Shown piece by piece: positions 37,591-51,006 of a stretch of 64,000 bases of DNA. The translations under genes were made by a program, and so were the position numbers. Origin of the DNA: Akkermansiaceae bacterium (GTDB lineage: Bacteria > Verrucomicrobiota > Verrucomicrobiia > Verrucomicrobiales > Akkermansiaceae); assembly GCA_051251915.1 (NCBI GenBank), contig JBPOGF010000014.1, positions 62,799 through 126,798 on the forward strand. Reading direction: 5' to 3'. The number at the start of each line of letters is the position of its first letter. Position 1 is the stretch's first letter. The notes beneath the pieces were generated by a model that did not search any database, was not told the origin of the DNA, and was given only the letters and a program-made list of their open reading frames with translations.

Positions 37591-40164
37591 ATGGAAAACA
37601 CACCTACGCATCGATCCAGTAGAACAGCAGCCATCTTAATGGCAGCTGCAGTAGCCATGCCAATTGTAGTTTCTAGCACAGCATCTGCTCACGAGAATAG
37701 TCTTGTGCAAGCAGAGATTGCTAGAAGAGAACTACAAATAGCAGAGGCAGACAAAGCAATCCTCGATGGGCGTAAAGCCTACTCGGACCGAGATTACGAA
37801 GAAGCAGTCAATCAATACCGCAAGGCAGTAACTATGTTGCCTGAAGGTCCTATTGCTGCTGACCGACGTCGCGAATACATTGGACATCTCCTTGATGGCT
37901 CAATCGCGTTGTCACAACAATATCGTAGAACTGGTAAATACACAGAGGCGAGAGAGCTTCTTGATAACGTTCTAGAAAAAGACCCAGGTAATGTGGTAGC
38001 TAAGAAGCACCTCGAATATCTTGATGACCCTATTCGTACAAGCCCTACACTCACATACGCACATGTGAAGAATGTAGAGAAAGTGCGTAAGTTACTCTAC
38101 AGAGCTAATAGCTACTATGATCAAGCTCAGTTTGATCACGCTATGCTTGAGTATAAGGAAGTTCTTAGAGTTGACCCTTATAACAAGGCAGCTAGACGTG
38201 GCATGGAGAAAGTAAATTCTGCAAAGAGTGACTACTACCGTGCAGCTTATGATCAGACTAGAGCTGAAATGCTCATGCAGGTTGATCAAGCATGGGAAAT
38301 TGCAGTGCCTCCACAGATCCAAGAGTCTGCAGGTAACTTTGGACAAGATCTAACATCAGCTGTTAACCCAGCTCTCTATCAGAGACAAAAGCTTCAGAGC
38401 ATTATGCTTCCACTTGTGGAGTTTGATGAAGATGCGACCGTTAGAGATGCTATCAACTTCTTGCGTCAACGAGCTAGAGAGCTTGATGATAAAGAGTTAG
38501 ATCCATCTAAAAAGGGACTTAACTTCGTATTCCGTAACCCTACTATTGTAGACGCGGGTGCTGAGATGGGTGAACCTGGTGATGTAGCTGATGAAGGCGG
38601 TAAAATTGAGAACATCAAACTTGGAGGCTTGAGAATCCGTAACATTCCTATGGAAGAAGCGCTCAGACAGATTTGTCAGATGACAGGGCTTCGTTATAAA
38701 GTAGAGAACTATTCAGTGGTTATCCTTAAAGCTACAGATGTAGATGACAACGAGATGTATGCGCGCACATTCCGTGTTCCACCAGATCTTCACAACCTCA
38801 TTAGTAGTGGTCCTGACGGCGGCGATGCTGGCGGTGGTGATCCATTCGGTGATGACGGTGGTGATGTTTCCGGACCTAAGAAATCTATCAGTGAACTACT
38901 TGAGCTTCAGGGGATTAAATTCCCAGAAGGAGCTACAGCAGGTTTCAGTAAGGCGAGATCTACTCTCACCGTAAGAAACACAGCTAACGCACTTGACCAA
39001 GTTGAAGAGCTTGTGAATGAGCTTAGCTTGAGAAAGCCAAGACAGATCAAGATGCTCACAAAGTTTGTTGAGATCAGCCAAGAGAACACTGACGAGCTCG
39101 GTTTTGACTGGATTATCTCACCATTTGGTATCACTGCGAATAACTCATTCTTGAGTGGAGGAACCATAGGTAATGCTAGTTCAAGAACAGCTACTGACTT
39201 TGTAAGTCCTATTGCTGGAGTTAGTATACCTGGTGTATCATCAGCATCTAATGTGTCTAATATTGTAACAGGAGGAAACCGATCAGGTGACTTTGCTATC
39301 AACAGAGATAGTATCGATTCTTTCCTAAACAATCCTAGCCGAACAGCGCAGAGTAGCAGTGTTGCTCCTGGTATTCTCTCACTCACTGGTCTCTTCACAG
39401 ATGGTCAGGTGCAGATGATTATGCGTGGACTTGCTCAGAAGAAAGGTGCTGACGTAATGACTGCTCCAAGTATCGTATCTCGCTCAGGTGAGAGAGCTAC
39501 TATTGAGATCATTCGTGAGTTTATCTACCCAACTGAGTATGAGCCACCTGAGCTTCCTAACTCTGTCGGTACTACATCTTCAATTGGAGGAGGTACTGAT
39601 GTTGGGACTAGTTCTAGTTTCCCTGTGACTCCAGCTACTCCTACTGCCTTCGAAACGCGGAATACGGGTGTAACACTTGAGGTTGAGCCTATTCTTGGTG
39701 AAGATGGGTATACTATTGATCTTACATTCAAACCTGAAATTGTTGAGTTTGAAGGATTCATTAACTATGGTTCACCAATTCAGTCAGCTGGAACAGATGC
39801 ACTCGGTAACCCGATCACAGTGACAATTACTGAGAACCGTATCGAGATGCCAGTATTCTCCACACGTCGTGTGAATACCTCACTCACAATCTATGATGGT
39901 CACACAGTGGCAGTAGGTGGACTTATGAGAGAGAATGTTCAGATCGTAGAGGACAAGGTGCCTATACTTGGAGACATTCCACTCGTGGGACGTTTATTCC
40001 AGACAAATGCAGAAAACCACACTAAGAGTAACCTCATCATCTTTGTTACAGCACGTATCATTGATGCTACAGGGCAGCCAGTGTCTCAGACAGTGGTAGG
40101 AGCATCTGGTGTTCCAGCAGTATCTCCTGATGGTGGCGGACTTCTTCCTGCTATCGCAGAATAA
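37591..40164 (+). CDS. Secretin (PilQ/GspD family) with N-terminal TPRs (Amuc_1098-like)
   Basis: TGVTLEVEP and DGHTVAVGGL...DKVPILGDIPLVGRLF...NLIIFVTARII secretin signature. Confidence 0.92.
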   Translation: MENTPTHRSSRTAAILMAAAVAMPIVVSSTASAHENSLVQAEIARRELQIAEADKAILDGRKAYSDRDYEEAVNQYRKAVTMLPEGPIAADRRREYIGHLLDGSIALSQQYRRTGKYTEARELLDNVLEKDPGNVVAKKHLEYLDDPIRTSPTLTYAHVKNVEKVRKLLYRANSYYDQAQFDHAMLEYKEVLRVDPYNKAARRGMEKVNSAKSDYYRAAYDQTRAEMLMQVDQAWEIAVPPQIQESAGNFGQDLTSAVNPALYQRQKLQSIMLPLVEFDEDATVRDAINFLRQRARELDDKELDPSKKGLNFVFRNPTIVDAGAEMGEPGDVADEGGKIENIKLGGLRIRNIPMEEALRQICQMTGLRYKVENYSVVILKATDVDDNEMYARTFRVPPDLHNLISSGPDGGDAGGGDPFGDDGGDVSGPKKSISELLELQGIKFPEGATAGFSKARSTLTVRNTANALDQVEELVNELSLRKPRQIKMLTKFVEISQENTDELGFDWIISPFGITANNSFLSGGTIGNASSRTATDFVSPIAGVSIPGVSSASNVSNIVTGGNRSGDFAINRDSIDSFLNNPSRTAQSSSVAPGILSLTGLFTDGQVQMIMRGLAQKKGADVMTAPSIVSRSGERATIEIIREFIYPTEYEPPELPNSVGTTSSIGGGTDVGTSSSFPVTPATPTAFETRNTGVTLEVEPILGEDGYTIDLTFKPEIVEFEGFINYGSPIQSAGTDALGNPITVTITENRIEMPVFSTRRVNTSLTIYDGHTVAVGGLMRENVQIVEDKVPILGDIPLVGRLFQTNAENHTKSNLIIFVTARIIDATGQPVSQTVVGASGVPAVSPDGGGLLPAIAE

Positions 40165-40193
40165 ATTATAGATTAATATTATTATCAAATTTC

Positions 40194-40226
40194 AAAGCGG
40201 AACCGTTAACTCGGTTCCGCTTTTTT
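40194..40226 (+). terminator. Rho-independent terminator
   Basis: AAAGCGGAACCG-ttaact-CGGTTCCGCTTT hairpin ending in a T-tract after the secretin gene. Confidence 0.85.
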
Positions 40227-40311
40227 GGTTCTAGATGTTCCTGTTTAGATGGTTGATTTAAATGGGATTACTGTTGTTGCAAGAATTTGTCTTCACTGTT
40301 AGAAATGGGTA

Positions 40312-42420
40312 ATGAAATCATATGGTCTAACTGGGGGAATCGCTACAGGGAAATCTACTGCTGCGAAGATGATGCTGGCTGCTGAGTCTAATCTAGTATT
40401 GTTTGATGCTGATGCTTGTGTGCATCAACTTTATACTGATCCGTCGGTTTTGAGCGAGATTAAGGAGATGTTTGGGAATGGCTCTTTAACTGAAGAGGGG
40501 AAGTTAAACCGAGATTATTTGCGAGAAGTGGTTTTTTCTGATGACGGCCTTAAGAAGAGGTTACAGGAATTTATTCATCCTATAGTTAGAAAAGAATGTC
40601 TTGCGCTACAGGAAGAAGCACTGCATAGTAGTCGTGCATCGTTCTTTGTTGCCGACGTTCCGCTTTTATTTGAGGGTGGATTTGACTTTGGTCAGGAGGC
40701 AAATCTGGTGGTTGCTGTATCGCGTGAGACGCAGGTGCAGCGGCTGAAAATGAGGAGCGGATTGGACGATGCCACGGTTTATGCCATTCTTGCGGCCCAA
40801 CTCCCCATTTCCCATAAGGAGAAATGTGCCGATGTTGTGCTATGGAATGAAGGACCAAAATCTGTGTTAGAAGCACAGGTAAATAGATTTATTAAACAAC
40901 AAAAGATCATGAGCGAAGAAGCGCAAGAAGAATTAAAGCTAAGTGAGGACGCAAAGCCTCCTGTAGAAAAGAAGACCAAAGCTAAGAAAGAAAACAAAGC
41001 TGAAGCTAATGTTGAGGCTAATGTTGAGGCTAAGGCGGAAACTGATAATGCTGCTGAGGGGGAGACTAAAGCTGAGCAAGTAGCCGAGGTTAAGGAGGAC
41101 GCTAAGGTAGAAGAAACTGTTGAGGTAGTTATACCACCAGAGCCTGAGGAGCCGAAATATGATGTTCCTGATAAGCTAGTGGTGAATGAGTTCCGTGAGA
41201 AGCCGTTGGCTGAGCTCCACGCAATAGCGGATTCTCTGCCTATAAAGGTGCACCCTATGGCGATGAAAAGCCAGATTGTGTTCGATATTTTGTCATTTTA
41301 TGGGAAGCATGGAAGTGAACTGACTGGTTATGGGTTCATGGAGCAGGCGAAGGATAATTACGCGATGTTACGTTGTCCGAAGCGTTCTTTTAAAACATCA
41401 CCTGATGATTTATATATCGGTGGAGATCTGATTAAGAAATGTGGACTTTGCGTGGGCCAGAAGGTTACCGTGAAAATGCGTGCTCCACGGGGGCGCGACA
41501 AATACCTCTCTGCTATGGAGGTGTTGGCTGTGGAAGATCTAGCTATTGCTGATTATGAAAAGCCTGAACATTTTGACAAACTCACTGCACTGATCCCAAA
41601 TGAGAGAATTATTCTTGAGAATGGAGTTGAAGGTGGGCTTGGAGTTAGGTTGGTGGATCTTGTGGCACCACTTGGTAAAGGTCAAAGAGGGCTGATTGTG
41701 GCTCCTCCTAGGGGGGGGAAGACGGTTCTTTTGAAGAATATAGCTCAATCCATTAAAGCGAATCACAAGGAGGTGGAGTTGATTATCCTTCTTCTGGATG
41801 AGCGCCCGGAGGAGGTTACTGATTTCGAGGAGACAGTGGATGCGGAAATCTTTAGTTCTACTTTTGATGAACCTTCTCGTAGACATGCGCAGGTATCTGA
41901 CTTGGTGCTGGAGCGGGCTAAGAGGCTGGTGGAGCTAGGTAAGGATGTGGTGCTTCTGTTAGACTCACTCACACGTCTTGCTCGCGGACATAACAATTCT
42001 CAGAAAGGTGGAGTGATAGGCTCTGGTGGCCTTAATCCACAAGCCTTGCAGAAGAGCCGTAAGTTTTTTGGAGCGGCTAGAAATGTTGAAGGTGGCGGAA
42101 GTCTTACCATTTTGGCGACTGCTTTGGTAGAAACTGAAAGCCGTATGGATGAAGTTATCTTCGAGGAATTCAAGGGAACCGGAAACATGGAGATAAGATT
42201 GGATCAGGATCTTGCTGAGCGTAGGATTTACCCGGCTATTCATATTCCACAGAGCGGTACTCGAAATGATGATCGACTCTATCATCCTGATGAGATGCAG
42301 AAGGTGTTAGAGCTTCGGCGTGTGATTGCATCCTTGCCAGTTGGTGATGCGGTGCAGACGCTGATGAAGGCATTGAGCCAGACACAAAATAATACTGAAC
42401 TGTTACTTAAGGGAATTTAA
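40312..42420 (+). CDS. rho: In-frame dephospho-CoA kinase (CoaE, about aa 1-199) plus transcription termination factor Rho
   Basis: [14 protein letters not shown] and DVPLLFE (CoaE); [36 protein letters not shown] and [11 protein letters not shown] (Rho); no stop between them; in-frame ATG at 40909. Confidence 0.9.
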   Translation: MKSYGLTGGIATGKSTAAKMMLAAESNLVLFDADACVHQLYTDPSVLSEIKEMFGNGSLTEEGKLNRDYLREVVFSDDGLKKRLQEFIHPIVRKECLALQEEALHSSRASFFVADVPLLFEGGFDFGQEANLVVAVSRETQVQRLKMRSGLDDATVYAILAAQLPISHKEKCADVVLWNEGPKSVLEAQVNRFIKQQKIMSEEAQEELKLSEDAKPPVEKKTKAKKENKAEANVEANVEAKAETDNAAEGETKAEQVAEVKEDAKVEETVEVVIPPEPEEPKYDVPDKLVVNEFREKPLAELHAIADSLPIKVHPMAMKSQIVFDILSFYGKHGSELTGYGFMEQAKDNYAMLRCPKRSFKTSPDDLYIGGDLIKKCGLCVGQKVTVKMRAPRGRDKYLSAMEVLAVEDLAIADYEKPEHFDKLTALIPNERIILENGVEGGLGVRLVDLVAPLGKGQRGLIVAPPRGGKTVLLKNIAQSIKANHKEVELIILLLDERPEEVTDFEETVDAEIFSSTFDEPSRRHAQVSDLVLERAKRLVELGKDVVLLLDSLTRLARGHNNSQKGGVIGSGGLNPQALQKSRKFFGAARNVEGGGSLTILATALVETESRMDEVIFEEFKGTGNMEIRLDQDLAERRIYPAIHIPQSGTRNDDRLYHPDEMQKVLELRRVIASLPVGDAVQTLMKALSQTQNNTELLLKGI

Positions 42421-42423
42421 GCG

Positions 42424-43473
42424 ATGATTGAAACGACACAAAAACTTAGTGAATATTTAGGTTCTCTAGAAGGCGATTTCCGAGCAATGGACTTGGAGGG
42501 TGATAGTCTGTATCATTACCATGAGAAAATCTCACTGGTGCAGTTTACTGACGGTACTAAGCACCAATTGATTGACCCTCTGGCCGTGGAGGACATGCAA
42601 CCACTTAAAGATTTTCTTAAGGATGGTGAGCTCTGGATGCATGGAGCGGATTATGACATCGTCATGATGCGTAAAGATTTAGATGTGGTCCCGCCAGTGA
42701 TCTGGGATACGCAGATTGGTGCGCGATTGCTAGGAGTGAAAAAATTTGGTTATGGGAATCTTGTGGAGCATTATCAGGGAGTCGAAATTTCTAAGAGTTC
42801 ACAGAAGGCAGATTGGTCTAAACGTCCGTTGACTGAGAAGATGAGGGAGTATGCGATCAATGATGTGTTGTTCCTTAAGCCAATTGTGGATCAGATTTTA
42901 AAGGGTTTGCACGAGAAGGGCCGTTATGAATGGTTTGTGGAGAGTTGCCAATGGGCAAGAGAGAAAGTTTTAGATAGGCCTATGGAGAAAGAAGATCCGT
43001 GGAGAGTCTCTGGTTCAGGTAAGATGGCGCCACGTGCGTTGGCTTATCTCAGAGCGCTTTGGTACTGGCGAGATGAGCAGGCGATGGAGTGGGATAGGCC
43101 TACATTCATGGTCTGCGGAAATAAGCAGCTTATCAGTTGGGTATTTGATTTAGTGGCAGGCAAATCCGTATCACTTCCTAAACATTATAGGACGAACCGC
43201 AGAAAGTCATTTTACGCAGCTGCGGATGAGGCGAAGAATCTAGCAGATGAAGCTCTTCCTCAGCGTCCTCGTAGCAAGGGCAGAAGGGTTAAAAACGAGG
43301 CATTTGATTCTAAGGTTGATGCATTGATCAAACAGCGAGATGCAGTAGCTGAAGGCTTGGAGATTGACTCTAGTTTGATCATATCTAGGGCTCTTATTGA
43401 AGCACTAGCCGCAGAAGAAGTGGAGCCGTCATCGGTGCTTATGAAATGGCAGATTGAGCTCATGGATTTATAG
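42424..43473 (+). CDS. rnd: Ribonuclease D (DEDD exonuclease plus HRDC domain)
   Basis: DLEGDS, HGADYD, DTQIGA, DWSKRPLT...YAINDV. Confidence 0.88.
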   Translation: MIETTQKLSEYLGSLEGDFRAMDLEGDSLYHYHEKISLVQFTDGTKHQLIDPLAVEDMQPLKDFLKDGELWMHGADYDIVMMRKDLDVVPPVIWDTQIGARLLGVKKFGYGNLVEHYQGVEISKSSQKADWSKRPLTEKMREYAINDVLFLKPIVDQILKGLHEKGRYEWFVESCQWAREKVLDRPMEKEDPWRVSGSGKMAPRALAYLRALWYWRDEQAMEWDRPTFMVCGNKQLISWVFDLVAGKSVSLPKHYRTNRRKSFYAAADEAKNLADEALPQRPRSKGRRVKNEAFDSKVDALIKQRDAVAEGLEIDSSLIISRALIEALAAEEVEPSSVLMKWQIELMDL

Positions 43474-43602
43474 CTGCATATCGTTTATATACAGTGACTT
43501 TATTTGTGTTGTTTTATTCTAAAAAGATTGTGTTTTTTTTAGAATCAGGGGGCTGAAAAAAGTCGACATTTTGCGGTGTTTTTTCTGGTCATGATGGGGT
43601 GA

Positions 43603-46191
<2,589 letters not shown>

Positions 46192-46210
46192 CAAAGAAAA
46201 AATTTAGAAC

Positions 46211-48832
46211 ATGTCTAACGATAATATAAAAGTAGTAAATGTAGCTGACGAGATGTCGAAGTCCTTTTTGGATTACTCGATGTCAGTCATTATTTCTCGT
46301 GCCTTACCGGATGCGCGTGATGGATTGAAGCCATCACAGCGACGTATTTTGTATGCGATGCACAATGACCTTTCACTTACCCCGACTAAGGCGCACTTGA
46401 AGTCTGCGCGTATTGTGGGTGACACGATGGGTAAGTATCACCCGCATGGTGATAGTGCTATTTACACCACATTGGTGAATATGGCTCAGCCATGGACGAT
46501 GCGAGAGATCTTGATCGATGGTCAGGGTAACTTTGGTTCTGTGGAAGGTGATGCTGCAGCGGCAATGCGATATACTGAGGCCCGCCTCACGCATATGGGC
46601 TCAGCGATGATGATTGATCTTGAGAAGGAGACGGTCGATACGACACCGACTTATGATGAAACGCGTCAGGAGCCAGTGGTTCTTCCGGCTGCGATTCCGA
46701 ATCTGTTAGTGAATGGCGGTACGGGTATTGCGGTGGGTATGGCTACTAACATTCCTTCGCACAATATGGGCGAGGTGATTGATGGGGTTTGTGCTCGTAT
46801 TGATAATCCACAGCTTACGTTTGAGGAGGTGAAGCAGTATATCAAGGGGCCTGATTTTGCGGGTGCTTGTGAGATACGTGGGTTCAAGGGGATAGATAGT
46901 TATTTCCGGACTGGTAGAGGTAGTGTGAAGATGCGAGGAACAATGGAGATCACGGAGAAGGCTTCTGGGGTGTCTATTATTACGATTACTCAGGTGCCAC
47001 ATGGTGTGAACCGTGCGACGCTTCAGCTCAGAATTGCGGAACTTGTTAGAGAGAAGATTTTGTTAGATATTTCTGGGATGCGTGATTTGTCTGATGATGA
47101 GACTCGCATTGAGATCACACTTAAGCGTGATGCTCGCCCGCAGGTTGTGGTGAATCAGATCTATAAATTGACAGCGATGGAGACTTCGTTTGGTGTTAAT
47201 ATGCTGGCGATTCATGAGCGTAGGCCTAAGCAGATGTCTATTTTGGATTGTTTGGATGCATTCATTGAGCACCGTCGTGAGATTATTATCCGTAGAACGC
47301 GCTACCTTCTTAAGAAAGCTGAGCTGCGTGCTGAGAACTTGGAGGCATTCTTGCTTGCACTGGGACATCTCGATGATTTCATTAAGATCATCCGTGATTC
47401 TAAGAATCGTGATGAAGCGCGTGAGAGATTGAAGAAGTATGATTTCCCAGTGGGGACTGCTGAGTCACTTGGTATTTTGATTCGTTCACAGGCTTCTGTG
47501 CAGGGAGACCGCTATGTGTTTACGGATCGTCAGGTGAATGCGATTCTCGAACTCCGCCTTTACCAGCTCACTGGTATGGAGCGTGATAAGGTGAAGGGTG
47601 AATATGATAACCTTCTTATTGATATCAAGGATTTCCTCGACATTTTAGCGAAAGAAGCACGTGTTCTTACGATTATTAAAGATGAGTTGTTAGAGATCAA
47701 AGAGAAGCATGCGACTCCGCGTCATTGTCCAATTCTTCCGGATGAAGGCGAGATTGCTATTGAAGATCTGATTGCCAATGATGGCATGATTGTCACTATT
47801 TCTAATAAAGGAAACATTAAGCGCACGCCTTCTGCTGACTACCGAGTTCAGGCTCGTGGTGGTAAAGGTGTGAAGGGGATGGATACGAAGAAGGCAAATC
47901 AATCAGATGATGATGAGCAGGATTTTGTAGAGCATTTATTCTCTGCGCAGGCGCATGATTACCTGATGTTCTTCACTAACACTGGTCGTGTTTATGTGGA
48001 GCGCGTTTATAGTTTGCCAGAAGGTTCTAGAGCCTCGAAAGGACGTAGTATTAAGAACGTTCTTAACTTACAGGCAGATGAAACAATAGCCGCGACGCAG
48101 CGTCTTGAGCGTCAGCTGGATGAGGATGGGAATGATGTGACTCTACAAGCCCATGACAAGTTTGTTCTCTTCGCGACACGTAGTGGTAAGGTGAAGAAGA
48201 CCGCTCTAGCGGACTTCAAGAACTATCGTAAAGATGGGATCATCGCGATCAAGCTTGATGAGGGGAATACTCTGATTGATGTGCGGATTACGAATGGTGA
48301 CGACGAGATTATTCTTGTAACGCGCAAAGGTCTCTCACTGAGATTTACCGAGGATCAAGCACGTGCACAAGGACGTGCGACGGCTGGTGTGGGCGGGATC
48401 AAGCCTGTAGGTGATGATTACGTTGTTGGTATGGCGATTGTTAATCCTGAGGGCACACTACTCGTAGCGTCTGAGAATGGGATTGGTAAACGTTCGCCGT
48501 TTGATGACTACAGAACACAGTCTCGAGCTGGTAAAGGGATAATCACAATGAAGGTCACGGAGAAGACTGGTGAGGTTGTTTCCGCTGCCACGGTCTTCCC
48601 TGATGATGAGTTGATGTTGATGACTTCTGATGGCCAGTCAATCCGTATTCGCTGTGCAGACGTCCGTGAATGTGGACGTAATACACAAGGGGTGAAGCTT
48701 GTCACTATGAAGGATGGAGTGAAGCTTCAGGATACAGCTCGTGTGGTTCCTGATGATGAGGAAGAAATCATTGAAGGTGAGGAGCCTGAAACAGAATCTG
48801 ATTCAGAAGAGGTGAGCAACGAAGAGGAGTAA
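46211..48832 (+). CDS. gyrA: DNA gyrase subunit A
   Basis: RALPDARDGLKP, YHPHGD, AAMRYTE and the GyrA-box QARGGKG. Confidence 0.97.
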   Translation: MSNDNIKVVNVADEMSKSFLDYSMSVIISRALPDARDGLKPSQRRILYAMHNDLSLTPTKAHLKSARIVGDTMGKYHPHGDSAIYTTLVNMAQPWTMREILIDGQGNFGSVEGDAAAAMRYTEARLTHMGSAMMIDLEKETVDTTPTYDETRQEPVVLPAAIPNLLVNGGTGIAVGMATNIPSHNMGEVIDGVCARIDNPQLTFEEVKQYIKGPDFAGACEIRGFKGIDSYFRTGRGSVKMRGTMEITEKASGVSIITITQVPHGVNRATLQLRIAELVREKILLDISGMRDLSDDETRIEITLKRDARPQVVVNQIYKLTAMETSFGVNMLAIHERRPKQMSILDCLDAFIEHRREIIIRRTRYLLKKAELRAENLEAFLLALGHLDDFIKIIRDSKNRDEARERLKKYDFPVGTAESLGILIRSQASVQGDRYVFTDRQVNAILELRLYQLTGMERDKVKGEYDNLLIDIKDFLDILAKEARVLTIIKDELLEIKEKHATPRHCPILPDEGEIAIEDLIANDGMIVTISNKGNIKRTPSADYRVQARGGKGVKGMDTKKANQSDDDEQDFVEHLFSAQAHDYLMFFTNTGRVYVERVYSLPEGSRASKGRSIKNVLNLQADETIAATQRLERQLDEDGNDVTLQAHDKFVLFATRSGKVKKTALADFKNYRKDGIIAIKLDEGNTLIDVRITNGDDEIILVTRKGLSLRFTEDQARAQGRATAGVGGIKPVGDDYVVGMAIVNPEGTLLVASENGIGKRSPFDDYRTQSRAGKGIITMKVTEKTGEVVSAATVFPDDELMLMTSDGQSIRIRCADVRECGRNTQGVKLVTMKDGVKLQDTARVVPDDEEEIIEGEEPETESDSEEVSNEEE

Positions 48833-48857
48833 TCCAGTAGCTTGCCGACTTAATTTC

Positions 48858-48894
48858 AAAGCTCTCTATGTGTGATGCATGGGGGGCTTTTTTT
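48858..48894 (+). terminator. Probable rho-independent terminator after gyrA
   Basis: Imperfect hairpin AAAGCTCTCTATG...CATGGGGGGCTTT followed by a T-tract. Confidence 0.6.
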
Positions 48895-48901
48895 ATTTAG
48901 G

Positions 48902-49306
48902 CTATTCTCTAATTAGCCAAACGTAGGCTTTGTCTTCACCGGCAGGGATGAGAGTTTTAATTTTCCAGCCTTGGAGTAATAGTGTAGGGAGAGCCTTTTC
49001 TGTTTTGCCGAATTTGGCATGTCCTTGGAGATGGAGGGATGAGGTTCCTTTGAGGAGGATGACCATTTCCTCATGGGTTTCTTTGCAGTCGGTGATCTTT
49101 TCCTCAAGTTCCACGATCTGTTTTTCTTTCGCTGCGATTTGAGGGTGTTGTTCACCGATGCCAGTTGCTTGTAAGGCTACGAGTTCCTGGAGTGCTGTCT
49201 TTTTTAACTCGATAAGATCTTCTAATTCGCCAGCTGAGAGGAAAGGGGTGAAGGTTAGGCATAGGAAAGCGATTGTTGCGCGGTGTTTGTTAGTGAAGAT
49301 CCTCAT
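48902..49306 (-). CDS. Small secreted hypothetical protein
   Basis: Signal peptide followed by a coiled coil. Confidence 0.55.
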   Translation of the reverse strand: MRIFTNKHRATIAFLCLTFTPFLSAGELEDLIELKKTALQELVALQATGIGEQHPQIAAKEKQIVELEEKITDCKETHEEMVILLKGTSSLHLQGHAKFGKTEKALPTLLLQGWKIKTLIPAGEDKAYVWLIRE

Positions 49307-49447
49307 AGAGTATATGATACTAGAACGGTGAATTTGTTCATTTTTTTTCTGATAATTGAAGTTGAATGTGACTAGATTGAGGGTATGGCTGTCTTACAGG
49401 ATATGGCGCAGTGCATTGCTGTGTTGTAATCAACTAAATGGAAATAA

Positions 49448-50161
49448 ATGATGAATAATAAGAAGATACTTAATAGCTTAGCAGTAGTAGTAGCATTGAC
49501 CGCTAGTAGTCAGGGAGAAGAGTGGAAGAACAGTTTTGATTTGGGAGCAACGTTGACTAAGGGCAACAGTGATTCATTGTTGCTTACAATGGGCTTCACT
49601 ACCGAGAAGAAAGAGAAAGAAAACGAGTATAGAGGTGATCTTTTTTACACATATGGTGAGGAGACAGATACGACAACTAATGATGAACTTCTAGGAAGTG
49701 GAGCTTGGCGGCATTTGTATTCTGATAGGTTCTATGCTGGGCCGCGGTTTGATTTCCGTAGGGATGATGTGGCTGACATTCAGTATAGAGCTGCTCTTAC
49801 CGGAGTTGTTGGTTATTACGTAGTGAAGGAAGAGCAGACCACGCTATCTCTCGAAGGAGGTTTGGGTTTCACTTTTGAAGAGCAAGGTAGTGTTACAAAT
49901 GATTATGCTCATGCGTATGTAGGTGAATTTTTTGAGCACAAGCTTAATGATAAAACAAAGATTTATCAGTCATTTACTATGGTTCTTCCAACCGACGATA
50001 CGGGTGATTATCAATTTGTAGTAGAAGCAGGTTTAGAGACGACACTGACTGATAGTTTGAGTCTGAAAGTTTTTGCTCAGGACCAGTATGACGCTCAGCC
50101 TGCAACAGGTAAGGATGAGAATGACTTCAAGTTGATCACTGGTATTAGCTATAAATTCTAA
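49448..50161 (+). CDS. DUF481/YdiY-like outer-membrane beta-barrel
   Basis: Signal peptide, G.TLTKGNSD, alternating beta-strand pattern, terminal SYKF. Confidence 0.82.
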   Translation: MMNNKKILNSLAVVVALTASSQGEEWKNSFDLGATLTKGNSDSLLLTMGFTTEKKEKENEYRGDLFYTYGEETDTTTNDELLGSGAWRHLYSDRFYAGPRFDFRRDDVADIQYRAALTGVVGYYVVKEEQTTLSLEGGLGFTFEEQGSVTNDYAHAYVGEFFEHKLNDKTKIYQSFTMVLPTDDTGDYQFVVEAGLETTLTDSLSLKVFAQDQYDAQPATGKDENDFKLITGISYKF

Positions 50162-50182
50162 GCTATTTTGTTTGTGAATTTG

Positions 50183-50252
50183 GCCTCCATTGCTTGATTG
50201 TGATGGAGGCTTTTTAGCACAAAAAAACACGCATCGTAACAATGCGTGTTTT
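50183..50252. terminator. Back-to-back terminators between convergent genes
   Basis: GCCTCCAT...ATGGAGGC-TTTTT on + (50183-50215); AAAAAAACACGCAT...ATGCGTGTTTT on - (50221-50252). Confidence 0.7.
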
Positions 50253-50279
50253 ATATTTAAAGTGTTTTGGTTGATCGTT

Positions 50280-50867
50280 TTACCAAGATCTTGCGTCTGA
50301 AACGCTATCAAACAGTTTGTCTGGTCCTGGTGAGGCTACGATGGCTTCGTCGATACGTAGTTCATCAGGGTAGTTTTTACCTGTAGCATCTGTTCCGATT
50401 TGTGTGGCATCGATAATTCCGTCAGCATCATAGTCTAGACGGATGTGATATGGGTTTGACCATTTATCGACAAGTTTCGAAATGGATGTGCCGGTGTATA
50501 CAAGGCCATCTCTATCACCATCAGCTTGGTCTGCAGTGAAGAACTCTTTGCCTCGGTCATTGTTTGTGGTGTCAATACCCATGAGGTCTTCGAGGAAATC
50601 GCCGTCACTTGTGATGATTGTCTCATCGCTAGTTGGGTAGCTCCCGCCAGAGAATGGAAGGTGGTCGTATTCAGATTCATAGAGTCCGATGCCTCCGACG
50701 AGATCTTTACAGACCTTTTGGGCTTTGAGCACATCAGCGCTACGAAGATGTTTCATGATAGGGCCGTATGCTAGACCGCCTAAGGTGGCAATGATCGCGA
50801 TGACCACGAGAAGCTCAATCAATGTGAACCCTTTCTTGGAAGATTTATGATTTATGGATAGTTTCAT
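50280..50867 (-). CDS. Prepilin-type N-terminal cleavage/methylation domain protein (pilin or pseudopilin)
   Basis: KKGFTLIELLVVIAII class III signal; DKWSNPY and SPGPDK. Confidence 0.9.
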   Translation of the reverse strand: MKLSINHKSSKKGFTLIELLVVIAIIATLGGLAYGPIMKHLRSADVLKAQKVCKDLVGGIGLYESEYDHLPFSGGSYPTSDETIITSDGDFLEDLMGIDTTNNDRGKEFFTADQADGDRDGLVYTGTSISKLVDKWSNPYHIRLDYDADGIIDATQIGTDATGKNYPDELRIDEAIVASPGPDKLFDSVSDARSW

Positions 50868-51006
50868 GATTATGGTATAAGTATGAGTGCTTTATGTAAG
50901 TAAATTGAATTTACAATGTCAACACACATAATTTATCACGTGAATTAGATGGTGGCAATGAGAAAAGGAGGTTGTGTAGAAGTGAAGGAGGGTGCATGGT
51001 GGGATT

